In this document: in pieces, positions 26,158 through 39,360 of the stretch
How positions within the stretch are numbered: the stretch's first letter is position 1
How the letters are laid out: every line of letters starts with the position of its first letter
Assembly: GCA_951406725.2 (NCBI GenBank)
Contig: OX597826.1
Span: forward strand, 10,912,001 to 10,976,000
Direction of reading: 5' to 3'
Source of the DNA: Octopus vulgaris
Taxonomy: Eukaryota
DNA: 64,000 bases
The notes under the pieces: generated by a model
What the model was told of the DNA's origin: nothing
Databases searched by the model: none
What the model saw: only the letters and a program-made list of their open reading frames with translations
Translations under genes and position numbers: made by a program

Positions 26158-26408
26158 CATCTGCCACAGAAACTTGCACTCAGTGACAGTCGTGTGTGCA
26201 ATACTGGCAAAATATTCGGATAAGCAGGGGTTCCAAAGCAGGCCAAGCTAAAAGAATGAGATGAGAGCACAATGTCTCTCATAAAATATCAGAGGTAATA
26301 CCAAATCTCATGGGTGGGGCTGCAGTCTTGTTTTCTGGTGGTTTCAGGCAAACTCAGCCAATAATTCCAAAGTGAACATTTGCCGATGTGTTGAGAGCAT
26401 GCTTTTAA

Positions 26409-27023
26409 CCCTTTAGCATTCAGATTAATCTAACAAATGTAATGCTTATTGATTTACATTATTTTGAATTCATCGTGCACCATCACATAGTTTCGAGATT
26501 TCGATGATGTGACTCTCTCTCTCTTTTACTTGTTTCAGTCATTCGACTGCGGCCATGTTGGAGCACCGCCTTTAATCGAGCAACTCGACCCCAGGACTTA
26601 TTCTTTTGCAAGCCCAGTACTTATTCTATCGGTCTCTTTTGCCGAACTGCTAAGTAACGGGGACATAAACACACCAGCATCGGTTGTCAAGCAATGCTAG
26701 GGGGACAAACACACACACGCATATATATATATACATATATATGATGGGCTTCTTTCAGTTTCCGTCTACCAAATCCACTCACAAGGCTTTGGTTGGCCCG
26801 AGGCTATAGTAGAAGACACTTGCCCAAGGTGCCACGCAGTGGGACTGAACCCGGAACCATGTGGTTGGTAAACAAGCTATTTACCACGCAGCCACTCCTG
26901 CGCCTGACTGCTTATTTTTAAAATGACATTGTAGGATAGGTGTGAGAGGCCAGATCTGACTGATTTGAAGATAAAACAGGTAGACTTTTTTGGCCGGATA
27001 TGGCCGGTTTGAATGCTAAAGGG
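26409..27023. mobile_element. piggyBac-type MITE containing a family A SINE (26514-26904, minus)
   Basis: TTAA|CCCTTTAGCATT...AATGCTAAAGGG|TTAA. Confidence 0.9.
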
Positions 27024-27350
27024 TTAAAGAAAACAAAATTAGGAAATGAAGAAAAAACCTCATCTTTCCACAAATGTGAGAGATGCATTTAATAGAGATA
27101 TCTCAGCAGCCTGATTTGCAAAGGTCTTACTTCAGTTGGGGGTCATGCTCAGTTATCAGTTCACACTAGTAGTGAAGATGGCAAGAAAGGCAAAAAAATT
27201 TATACATAGAATAATCATGAATACACGTCTAGAAATGCTATTGAAAGTTTATTTATCAGCCCCTTACTGAATTATAGAAACCACGAGTGGGTTTCCAAAT
27301 AGGCCATCTTCGCTCCCAAAAGTGACATTATGTGAGATATTGATGCTACC

Positions 27351-27583
27351 TATTTCTTTACTACCCACAAGGGGCTAAACATAGAGGGGACAAACAAGGA
27401 CAGACATAGGTATTAAGTTGATTACATCGACCCCAGTGCGTAACTGGTGCTTAATTTATCGACCCCGAAAGGATGAAAGGCAAAGTCGACCTCGGCAGAA
27501 TTTGAACTCACAACGTAACAGCAGATGAAATACCACAAAGCATTCCACCTGGCGTGCTAACGCTTCTGCCAGCTCGCCGCCTT
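27351..27583 (-). mobile_element. family B SINE
   Basis: 15-bp TSD GATATTGATGCTACC. Confidence 0.9.
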
Positions 27584-28135
27584 GATATTGATGCTACCAT
27601 CATACAACAGGTAGCAGTCTAAACCAGATGACAAGTTAGTTCGTACTGTATTTGTTATCCATCCAACTGAGTTCCCCAATCCTCTTCAGCACATAGTTAA
27701 GAAGATTGAGACTCTGTAACTAGAAGCAGGAGCAAGTATTTTAACCAATCAGCATACAGCTTGGGCAAGGCATCACAGTTTGATGAATATGATAACAGTT
27801 GACAGTGACAGCACTTATTCATACAAACATCTTAACCAATCAGAGTCACTAATAGAGTTTGGCTTCAACCAGATTTGGCTACAACCACAGTCAAACCTTC
27901 AGTCTTTTGTTTTATTTTAAATGAAATTAAGTTCAAATTTGGATTAATAATACTGTCAATATTTCTTTTTGTATTTGATTTGCAAGATTCTTTATGTGAA
28001 TTTGTGTGATGAAGCATATTTTTTGTGTCTGGGGTGAGTCATTATGTTTTAATGCCTTATTAATTAACACACTCACCAGCTCAATTTCCTGCATTGACTA
28101 ATTGTTTCTTGTTTCTCATTACTTTAACCTATACA

Positions 28136-28171
<36 letters not shown>

Positions 28172-28204
28172 TATACACACACATACACTGTATATATATA
28201 TATA

Positions 28205-31200
28205 TTTTTTAAGTTTCAGCTCAGAGCAGCGGCCATGCTGATGCACCGCCGTTTTGCACTACACTGTTATTACTAGGTGCCTCCTCTAATATGTGGCACT
28301 TGATGAAGAATGGAGTTTGATATAGCTACCCTCATTTGCACCTCTTGCCGTGAGGTAGGCTCATCTGGGACTCCCGACAGGAAGAGGTTCAGCTTTGATT
28401 TAAAAACCCCTACATCTACTTTGTGCAAGTTCCTCAGACTCTTTGGAAGAATATTAAAAAGCTGTGGGCCCTTGAAACCCAGGCTGTTGCAGTAACTGGT
28501 CCTGAAGCATGATGGCATTGTTGGGATCTTTGGCACTATGCAGTGTCGTCCCATTTTGGCATTGGTGTAGCTTTCAAAACCAAAATTTGGCACAATTCCT
28601 TCCAGGATCTTCCAGATATATATTACTGCATACCTCTCCTGTCTTCTCTCCAGGGAGTAGAGTCTTAGCTGTTTCAACCTTTCCCAGTAGCTGAGCTGTT
28701 GCAAAGAGTCTATCTTCTTTGTGAATCTTCTGTGGATTGCTTCAAGGTCCACTGTTAATCTTACACTGGGTGACCATAGCTGTGAGCAGTAATCCAGGCA
28801 GCTGAGGATGAATGTCCGCCAGAGGACCATCATGGTTTCCTTATCTCTGGTTCTGAATGTTTTTAGGATCCATCCAGCCAGTCGTCTGCACTTTGTCGCC
28901 ATCCTGGTAATGTGCACTTGGAAAGAGGTATCATCACTCATGTCGATACCCAGGTCCCTCACTGACTTAGACTCAGGGATTAAAATTCCCTGAGGACCGG
29001 TGTACCCTGTAAGTTTAATATTCAGTTTTGGATGCTGGTAGTGCAGGGCTTGGAATTTTTCAGCATTAAACTGCATATTATTATCCTCAGCCCATCTGTA
29101 GATTGAGTGCAACTCCTGCTGCAGGTGTGCAACATCACTGGGGTTCTGTATTTTCTGTGAGATTTTCGTATCATCTGCATAGCTTGCCAGAGTGGCTATC
29201 TGGGCATTTGAGGGCATATCTGAGAGGGCCACTATAAAAAGCAGTGGTCCCAAAACAGTGCCCTGTGGAACACCGCTCACTATTTGTGTGTTCAAAGAGG
29301 TGGCTCCATTACCCACTACTGTCTGACTCCTATCTTTCAGGAAGTCATGTAACCACACTCCAAGTTTTCCAGCTATGCCGAGGTCATGCAGTTTGTGGCA
29401 TATCATACCATGATCCACCTTGTCAAAAGCTTTTGCAAAATCAAGGTATATTACATCCACATTTGATTTGTTGAGTAACTGCCTCAACACCCAGTCATAA
29501 TGTTGTAAGAGCTGGGTCAGGCAGCTCCTACCTGGTCGAAAACCATGTTGGGTATCACTTAGGAAGTTATTTTTTTCAAGGAATATAATTAGTTCCCCTC
29601 TGACTATCTATTCCATGACTTTGCTGATGTGTGAAGTCAGAGAGATTGGCTTATAGTTTTTGGCATCTGCTCTACTTCCCACTTTATGTATTGGGCATAT
29701 TATTCCTTCCTTCAGCTTGCTTGGCAGTTTGCCATTTGTAAGAAAGCTCTGGAAAAGAATCTTGAGGGGTTTTGCCAGGGCATGTTTACACGATTTGAGG
29801 AGGATTGCTGGGAAACCATCAGGACCAGCAGTTGAGTTTGTGTCCACTTCATCTATGGCTAGTAGTACATCTTCGCTAACGTCAATGTATTCTATTGTAA
29901 CTGCCTCGCTGGTTATAGGTGAGGCGGCAAAGAAGTCCACTGGTTCGTTCATTTGTCTGTATTCCAACGGGGTGGTAAAGACACTTTTGAACTGGTCATT
30001 CAGTATCTCACTGATCTTAGTTGGACTGTCTGTGAGGGAGCCATCCTTTTGGAGGAGGGGTCCTATCTTGTAGTGTACTGAGGCTGTTTCTTTTGATAAT
30101 GAAAGAAGGCCTTTGGGTTTGATTTAATGTTTTTTATAACCCAGGCTTCTTTGTCTGCTTTCTCCCTCACATAGGATTGTTGCAGCCTTTTTTCGATCTC
30201 TATCAGTGTTGTTTTTAGGCAGGACATTTCGCTGCTTTTGGAATGTTGGTTGAGTCGATTTGCAACCTTCGTCCGTCATCTCATGAGGATCTTCCTATCT
30301 CTTGGAATCTTGCTCCTATTTGTTTTGGCCTTATGCTCCGGGACATATTTCTGGCAAATGGCTTGCACAGAAGACATGAAACATTCTAGTTTCATGTCAA
30401 TGTCTGGTGTGGAGAGACATTTCGGCCAGTCCTCTCTGAGGATCTCTTTTTGGATCGATTTCCAATCTGCTTTGTGGAAGTTCTGATTGGAGAGATTTCG
30501 GGTGCTTCCTTTAGGCTGTATATCTCTGGTTACTTTCGGCCCAAGCATAGACAGCTCTATTATGTTGTGATCTGAGACTAATGTCGGTGTCACTTTCACA
30601 TCATGAATGATGTCCATATTGTTCGTGAAGCAGAGATCCAGAATGTTATTCACCCTAGTTGGTTTGAGTACAACTTGCTCCATGAATAAGGCATTGGTGA
30701 GGTTGAGCAGGGACTCCACCTGTGCTTACTTGCAATGAGTCATTCCTGAGAGTATGAGACCTTCGGGCCATTTGACGTTGGGGAAGTTAAAATCACCTAT
30801 AAGAAATATGGTCATGTAGTGTTCCAGTTTCATGAGGATTTCTTTAATTCTTGTGAGGCAATCTTCAAACTGGCCTATGTGGTTTGGAGCATCCGGTGGG
30901 CAATATGTATTGCATATGACTATATTGTGTTGTCTTATGTATACAATTAGAGTGTCACATACCGAATTTGAGTATGACAGTAAGACCTGGAGTGTGAGGT
31001 CATCACGGATGTATGCAGCAACTCCACCATGGCTCTTTTCCCTTCTGTCTGTTCGCAGTATGGCACAGTTTGGTACGTGTACTTCTGCATCCTCTATATC
31101 AGGGCTGAGGTAAGTTTCCATAATTTCTATGCATAGGGCTTGATTGCATGAAGTAAGATCTCTCAGGAATGAAATTTTGTTTTTATTATGATGCAACAGG

Positions 31201-31232
31201 CCCCCAATATTTAGTAAAAGTATTGGGGTGAC

Positions 31233-31236
<4 letters not shown>
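28205..31236 (-). mobile_element. CR1-group (CR1/Zenon-like) LINE, nearly complete but disrupted ORF2 (APE + RT)
   Basis: APE motifs ETYL, GGVAAY, GDFNFP, LDLCF, SDHN. RT motifs GPDG, YLDFAKAFDKVDH, GVPQGTVLGPLLF, YADD. Frameshifts and stops. Confidence 0.95.
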
Positions 31237-31270
<34 letters not shown>

Positions 31271-31272
<2 letters not shown>

Positions 31273-33222
31273 CTTAGATAACTTAGGTATGTTTCGACCA
31301 AAGATTGGTCCAGGCCATGTCTAACTTAATAGCACCACCTGATAGGATTATTCGAATCCTGTTTAAGTCAAGTTTTAAGTCAAGTTCAAGTAGTGAGTTC
31401 TTGTTGGGTGAGTTGTATCCAATTATGGGTGGCTTATCTGGTATTCTTTGAAGGAATCTATCCAGACTCCGTTTAAAGTTGATGGGATCCTTTTCCTCTC
31501 TGATCTCCCTTGGGACAATGTTAAATAGGGCAGGGCCTGTTGAGGAAAAGAAATTATGTTGCAGTGTACATGTATGTTGTGATCTTGAATTGGGCAGGGG
31601 ACGTATGGCCCGTGGTCCCAGTCTTGGATGAACCTTGAAGTTAATGTTAAGGTCGTTCGGGCAAAGTTGGTGGTATATTCTCCACATTGTACAAATGATG
31701 TACCGCTCACGGCGACGCTGGAGGGAGTAAAGTTTCAAGGCTTTAAGGCGATCTCAATAATCGAGAGCAGCCATGCCTTCAATTCGTTTAGTGAGTGCCC
31801 TCTGGGGTGACTCAATTCTGGAGATGTTTTGTCTTGTATGGGGAGACCACAGTGGGCAGCAGTATTCAAGGTGTGGCCGTACAAAGGAGGAGAAATGTGG
31901 TATGATGACACCTTGTTCTCTGGACCGGAAAGTTCTTAAGATCCAGGAACTCATCCTATGAGCTATATCGACCTTCTTGTTGATGTGTGCACTCCAACTG
32001 AGATCGTCATCAACAATTACATCCAGGTCTCTGATATTGTTAGAGGCTGTGAGCGGTTCCCCTGAAGGAAGAGAGTATGGCTGTTTTAGTGAGGAATTTC
32101 TTCCAAAATGCATCAGCTCAAATTTTCCCTCATTCAGTTGCATTTTATTTCTGTCTGCCCATTGACTCACAGCATATAGATCAGACTGGAGTTGAGTTCG
32201 GTCTGCTTCTTCATTGACGATTTGCTGGAGCTTAGTGTCATCAGCAAATATTTTCACTTTGCAGTAATGTACGACACTGGAAAGGTTGTTTATGTAAATT
32301 ATGAAGAGTAGCGGACCCAAAACAGTCCCCTGGGGAACACCGCTGGTGACTTTTGCTGGGCTTGAGTGGACTCCATCAACTACAACATGTTGTATTCTAT
32401 TCGCCAGGAAATACTTAATCCAGTGTAGAACTTTTCCACAGATTCCAACATTTGCCAATTTTGAGAGTAAGATGTTATGGTCTACCCTGTCGAACGCTTT
32501 ACTGAAGTCAAGATATATGACATCAGAGTTCGAACCTGTTCCCAAGGCTTTGAGTACATCTTCAATGTGATGTAAGAGCTGTGTTAGACAGTCCCTGCCA
32601 CAGCGAAAGCCATGCTGATTTGCATGTTGGAGTTTGTGGATCTCCAGGAAGCCAGCTATCCTTGATCTTAACACTCTTTCAAACACTTTAATGATGTGGG
32701 AGGTGAGTGAGATTGGGCGATAGTTGACTGCGAGGGATCTGTTTACCTGTTTGAAAACCAGGATGACTGACTGGGATAAAAACTGTTTCGGTATATAACC
32801 TGCGTCTAACGAATTTCTCCAGAGGTTGGTCAGAGGGACTGCAAGTTGGTGTCTACATTCCTTCAGGAGACTAGCGGGGAATCTATCAGGGCCTACAGCA
32901 GAGTAATGTTTGACCTCATTTATTGCTGCTACGATGTCGGTGGCAGTGAAGGTTATGTCTGAGATTTGGGAACACTAAAGACAGAGCAGTATTGTTTCTG
33001 CAGTATTTCTGCCATTTTTTTAGCATCGTGTTGGGGAATGCCGTTATCATCAATCAATGGCCCAATGGGTGAGACAGTGGTTCTATGCTTATTTGCATAA
33101 GAATAGAACACTTTTGGGTTCTGTTTGATGTTTTTGATTACCCACTGTTCCTCCACAGCTCTTTGATTTTCAATGGAGGTTTTCATGTTGGTCTGCAGAT
33201 GAAGTTTTTCCAGCTCTAGTCT
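31271..33222 (-). mobile_element. second, distinct 5'-truncated CR1-group LINE (RT)
   Basis: QHGFR, YLDFSKAFDRVDH, GVPQGTVLGPLLF, FADD, RPHLEYC, LYSLQRRRERY. Short (CTAAGTTA)-like tail. Confidence 0.95.
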
Positions 33223-33472
33223 TTACATGTATATATATATGTGTATATATATATATATATGTGTATGTATATGTATATGTGTATGTATATGTTTCATCAT
33301 CATCATCATCATCATCATCGTTTAGCGTCCGTTTTCCATGCTAGCATGGGTTGGACGGTTCTACTGGGGTCTGTGAAGCCAGAAGGCTTCATCAGGCCCA
33401 GTCAAATCTGGCAGTGTTTCTACGGCTGGATGCCCTTCCTAACGCCAACCACTTCGTGAGTGTAGTGGGTGC

Positions 33473-33720
33473 TATATATATACATATACATACACATATA
33501 TATATATACATATATATATACATATACACATATATATATACATATACATATACACATATATATAAATACATACATATACACATATATATACATACATATA
33601 CACATATATATAAATACATACATATACATATATATATATATACATATACATATAAATATACATATACACACATATATAAACATATGTATGTATGTATGTA
33701 TGTATACACACACACATATC
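33473..33720. repeat. (TA/CA) compound microsatellite
   Basis: Direct inspection. Confidence 0.95.
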
Positions 33721-34257
33721 TAGACATGGAAACATGTATGCATGCATGTAGCCATCCATCCATCTATACATACATATTGTTTACTTGTTTTAGACATTAG
33801 ATTATGGCCATGCTGGGGCATCACCTTGAAGGATTTTTAGTTGAATGAAGTGACACCCAGTACTTTTGTTTCTTAAAGCCTGGTACTTATTCTATCGGTT
33901 TCTTTTGCCGAACTGCTAAGTTACAGGGATGTAATCACCATTTGTGAATTGGTGGCATGAGACAGACAGACACACACACACAATGGAGATCTTTTCAGTT
34001 TATGTCTACCAAATCAACAACCAGAAGGCTTTAATTGGCCTGAGGCTATGATAGAAGACATTTGTCCAAGCTGCCATGCAGTGGGACTGAACCCGAAACC
34101 ATGTATTTGGGAAGCGATATATACCTGTGTACATATACATAGAGATATCCAAAGCCCTCCTGGGACCGCATATAATCCTTTCGGATCATGCAATGGTGGC
34201 AGTTTTCATTTGATTGTTAATAAAAATCACAACCTGAACAGTAAAACTGTTGCACTC

Positions 34258-34855
34258 TGTGTGTATCTGTGTGTGTGTGTCCATGCATGTGTGTGCGTGA
34301 GTGCGTGTGTGCACATACACACACACATGCATGGACACAAACAAACACATATATATTTCTACACACCTATAACATACGTGTGTGTGTGTGTACATGTGTA
34401 GATGCACATGTACGGATACATATACATTGTGTGTGTGTGTGTGAGAGTGTGCATGCATATGTGAGTGTGTGTGTGTGTGTATGTATATGTTTGTATGTGT
34501 GTGTGTGTGTGTACATGTGTACATGCACATGTACGCATACATCTATATATGTGTGTGCATGTGTGTGAGAGTGTGCATGCATATGCGAGTGTGTGCGTGT
34601 GTATGTATATGTGTCTGTGTGTGGATGAGTGTGTGTGTGTGTATACATGTGTATATGCACATGTACAGATACATATACGTGTGTGTGTGTGTGTGTGCAT
34701 GTGTGTGAGAGTGTGCATGCATATGTATATGTGTGTGTGTGTACATGCACATGTACGCATACATATACATATGTGTGTCTATGTGTGTGCATGTGTGTGA
34801 GAGTGTGCATGCATATGCGAGTGTGTATGTGTATGTATATGTGTGTGTGTGTATA

Positions 34856-34926
<71 letters not shown>
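34258..34926. repeat. (GT)-rich microsatellite with higher-order repeats
   Basis: Recurring GTGAGAGTGTGCATGCATATG and ATGCACATGTAC blocks. Confidence 0.9.
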
Positions 34927-34928
<2 letters not shown>

Positions 34929-35359
34929 CAACATGGAGAAAATACTTGGCCACAGGTATGCCTCCAGCAAAGTAAAATTCTCCTTGTTGGCTGCCAAACA
35001 AAATTATACTATTTGCAGTATGACAAAAGTGAAAGTAATGTTGTAACTTAAGTATTTGTCTACATTTGTTTATTCCTTTTTCTTTCTTTCTGTTTTTTTT
35101 TTTTATTTCTTGCAAATTATCCAAATTCCAGAAACATATTATCCACGTGAATATACTTTGAACGCATGAATTATTATACACATGACATAGTTTCAAGTTC
35201 AATTCCTGCCCTGCAGCTGCTTGAGAAAATGTGACTAAAGCCAGACTAACCACCACCTCGTAAGTAGATCTTGGTGGTTAGAAACTGAATAGGAGCCCAT
35301 TGCATGGATGGATACACACGCACACACACACACACAGACACACACACATGTGCATGTGT

Positions 35360-35710
35360 ATGGCTCAGTGGTTAAAGCATTGGGCTCACAATCACGAGGT
35401 AGTGAGATTGATTCCCAGACCGGGTTGTGTGCTGTGTTCTTGAGCAAGACACTTTACTCCACATTGCTCCAATTCACTCAGCTGTAGAAATGAGTTGCAA
35501 CATCACAGGTGCCAAGCTGCATCGGCCCCTTTGCCTTTCCCTTGGATAACACTGGTGGCGTGGAGAGGGGAGGCTGGTATGCATGGGCAACTGCTGGCCT
35601 TCCATAAACAATCTTGCCCGGACTTGTGCCTCAGAGGGTAACTTTCTAGGTGCAATCCCATGGTCATTCCTGACTGAAAGGGGTCTGTCTCTGAAAATTG
35701 CAACTGATGA
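35360..35710 (+). mobile_element. tRNA-derived SINE (family D)
   Basis: TGGCTCAGTGGTTA A-box, GATTGATTCCC B-box-like, CTTGAGCAAGACACTT CORE-like block, tail ATCCCATGGTC..GACTGAAAGGGGTC. Confidence 0.7.
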
Positions 35711-36343
35711 TGTTACTGTTTCTCTAATCAACATATATATATATATTTATATTGTTTCTACTTATATCTTCTGATAGATTGATATATCTAGAGAAAGTGC
35801 ATCATACTTTTGTATTCATCTGAAGTACAGGTAATGTCATGCAGTTACATGTATGCTTCGGTCACCCATAACATACTATAATATATAAATACAAGTAACC
35901 ATGCTGAAAACTGACTAGAAAACTTCAATAAATGTTTCTAGCAACATAGTTTTTCAATCTCTATCTTTCTAAAATGCACAGTTTAAAATTTCTGAATAGA
36001 AATCAAATAATTATGAAAAACACACAACCCTAGTTTGACACGTATTGGATGATTGATTAATCAAATTTTTCTATACATACTTTTGTGAACCATGAAACAT
36101 GACAAAAACTAATTTTCTCTTGGAATCTTACACCTCTGTGTACACAGTTACGTCCATGCTTGATTGAACAGTAGATAATAACACAATACCTATATCAAAC
36201 CAAACAAAATCTCCTGACAATAACTTTCTATCAACAGATACCCTACAAACATACTTTTCTCTTTCCTAAACCTACATACAGCAAGCCTAATTATCATTTC
36301 ACATAGTTCCACCTACCCCAGAAAAGCAACTTGCCAAAGACTG

Positions 36344-36380
<37 letters not shown>

Positions 36381-36402
36381 CCAAAAGAATCCCAAGTGTA
36401 GC

Positions 36403-36446
36403 ACAGTCTGACGATGGCTAACAAGCCAAAACTTCAAACTCACTGT
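36403..36446 (+). ncRNA. type I hammerhead ribozyme relic
   Basis: ACAGT-CTGACGA-T-GGC/TAACAA/GCC-aAAA-CTTCAAAc-TC-ACTGT; two substitutions from a canonical fold. Confidence 0.6.
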
Positions 36447-36882
36447 TATCCCTCTTGTAAATGTAAGACAAACATTTACTCAACAAAAAGGTATTAAATA
36501 ATCCCTCGGTTTAACGTTAAATTGATTTCACATGTAATCTGACATAAACATTCACACACGAATACAGATTAGCATATATTTACATATGCTAATGTATCCA
36601 CACACAGTCATACGCACTCTCACCCACACAGAAATACATATATATCCAACCAGCCAACCACACACACACTTATATTAATATATATTATAGTAGAAGAATG
36701 CACACTTATTTGTGTGTACATCGCATGTTATTGGCAAAATATTAGGTTCAGTGTAAGATTGCAGTTAAAACGTATAATCCCAATAATTTGTAGATTTAAT
36801 GCAAAGTGATTGGTGCGTAAATCTATGTTGTGGATTTATTGTCTAGTAGTACAGACCCATAATTATTATAACACACACACAC

Positions 36883-36935
<53 letters not shown>

Positions 36936-37715
36936 ACGTTGGAAAATTACCCAAGGGTGCCTGTGGCGAACACCTAGTTAGTGCATGATAGCAATATTTA
37001 AGGTCGTATGCCATAAATAAGTTAATAAATCAATTGAAATTATAACCGAAATGCGATGAAATGTCATTCAACATTTAAATCAAAATTAATTATAACCATG
37101 CGCAGGCACACCGAATTATAAAACACACACAGAAATATACTGAGAGAGAGCGAGAGAGAGAGAGAGTGAGAGAGAATGTGTGTGTGTGTGTGTGTTAAAA
37201 GGACACTGAGCAAAAATACAAATTGATGGTGAGTTTGCAATGTAAAACTGAAAATCCGCAGAGACATATCGGCTGCTACGGTCAGCCAACATCACAACAA
37301 ACACCTGTCTGTCTTCGACGTTTACACACCAACACAATTAACCAGGTACACACACGCATTTCAGACACTTACATCCTAATTTTCAGTATGATTAACATCG
37401 AGGTCTTCTTAAACATGAAAATAATAAATATTTATAGAGGACATCGATGCTAAAAAATCCAAGGTGGAATTACGATTTGTTTATTTATTTATTTACGAGT
37501 GTAGAATAATATTAAAATCGACATAGGAGGAAAAAAATGATTGTGTAGGAGTAGAGATAATCGTACGAGGCAGTGTGGGGGAGGGTCTATGGGAGATGTA
37601 TGTTGTTTAGTCTTAGATCAGGTCTTTAGATCTTAATGATCAAAGACATTTCAATCGGGACCGTCTCGATTTTTTTTTCTTTTTGTGTGTGTGTGTGCGT
37701 TTAGTTGTGTGTGTG

Positions 37716-37753
<38 letters not shown>

Positions 37754-37896
37754 CGCGGGCGCATCTATCCAGGCTTACATTATCCAACGTGTCTTTGCTT
37801 TCGTCTAAGACGGCAGGGTGTGAGTGACCGAAGGCAATTAGGCCATTTCTTGTAAGACCAATGCAGAGGTTCCGTGATGTATGTATATATGTGAAG

Positions 37897-37925
37897 TAGA
37901 GAGAGAGAGAGAAAGAAAGAAAGTA

Positions 37926-37988
<63 letters not shown>

Positions 37989-38030
37989 AAGAGAGAGAGA
38001 AAGAGAGAGAGAGAATGAGAGGGAGGGAGA
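37897..38030. repeat. (GA)n microsatellite
   Basis: Direct inspection. Confidence 0.95.
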
Positions 38031-38789
38031 TGCTGAATAAATAAGGATTTTAAACTGGCACAAGGCCACAAACGTGTTTAGAAGGGAGAGGTGTGGCCCA
38101 ATATGCCCATTGCATCGACTCCGGTGAAGATACCACGAACATTTTTTTTCTTCTTTCATTGATTAAAAAAGATAAAAGACAGAAAAAAAAAACCCAACCG
38201 TGCCACACAATTTGACAGGTGTTACAAGATACCAAGCGATTTGGTAGACACGTTTTATTGCTTTATGCTCCCTCCAGCGCCGAAGGAATTATATAATGAT
38301 GACAACACTGAGTGGAATAAATACAGGATAACAACCATAACACGATAATAGCAAATATAATGAGGTTTAGAACACGAATAGTAATGATTGTAATAACGAT
38401 GATAACAGCAGTAAGGAACCTTGTTGAGGTGGTATATATATAAGAGATGTGTTTGGTATGCAAAAATAATTAGGCTCAAAACATGGGCCTCATACATTAA
38501 GATATGCAACCACAGCTTTTGACAACGATATCAACAATAAATTTTATTGAGAACTCGCCAACGAGGGGCGGCTCCGATTCGATCGTTTGATTTGGTCAAA
38601 ATAGCAGCCAAACCTCCCTGAAGTCACTCCTCCATCGCCTCAAATGATGTAGGATGCATTGAACAGTGTAGTCATTGATTGGTATACAAACAAACGGAAC
38701 AGTCACGAGTGGAAAGTCTTTGATTACTTCTTTTCAATCTGAGTTGACATGAAACTAGTTAGCACACACATAGAAATACGATGAAGAAA

Positions 38790-39360
38790 TTATGGGTTAA
38801 CCCGGTATTGAGACACCTTCGTGACGGTCAGTTTGAGATACAGAGGCTGTCACGGAACCAATGACTGCTGCTGCACCCATTCATGCAATTAGGTGCAGCT
38901 GATGTTGGTATCTGGGAATAAGATGGATAGGTGGGCAAGACACAAGAACAGAATGCGATTGCTTGGACCCATGGACACTTAAACAAATATAAACAGAGAT
39001 TCGGTTGACAGGAGTTGATGTTTGCTGCTGTGGCAGAGAACCGAGCTAAATGGTTTTTACGTTAACAGTTCAATCCACGTCAGATTACACTTGGGTTCAT
39101 CTTTAGCCATCATCCTGTAAGGGACGACGAAATAAATACTATAACAACTACACTCCTTTTCCTTGATGTAAATGGTATTTTGTGGGTAGAACAATGAAAA
39201 TTCAGAAATATATCTTAAAAGAAATACTTACATAGTACAGCGACAGCGTGAGATTCGAACATTAACAGTTCGTCAGTCCGAGATCTGTTTTCCAAGAGCA
39301 CACTGTAAGGTGGATCAGGTTTACGATAAACCCTATAGCCTTTGCTGAGCGACATTGTGT
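38790..39360 (-). pseudogene. possible I/Nimb-group LINE ORF1 (gag-like) relic
   Basis: HGSKQ...SAAPNCMNGCSSSHWFRDSLC resembles the terminal zinc knuckle 'P.C.NC...H...D..C'. Confidence 0.3.

Larger units (their letters stand above)
24820..27900 (+). pseudogene. Helitron Rep/PIF1-helicase pseudogene split by five insertions
   Basis: Colinear motifs: FQDLR..VCATY..DDNADWSTILEE, SGGTGQTIWISLILAKV (Walker A), SGRTAHSA, DESTM, MGGAAVLFSGGFRQTQPIIP, HLSTNVR, NHEWVSK*AIFAPKSD, PTEFPN. Confidence 0.85.

Noticed and set aside
30726-31301. 191-aa ORF as a true N-terminus
   Set aside because: Chimeric: LINE tail plus (TA)n fused to the APE domain of the next LINE.
33241-35256. Many long ORFs rich in Y/I/H/T/C/V
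   Set aside because: Translations of TA/CA/GT microsatellites.
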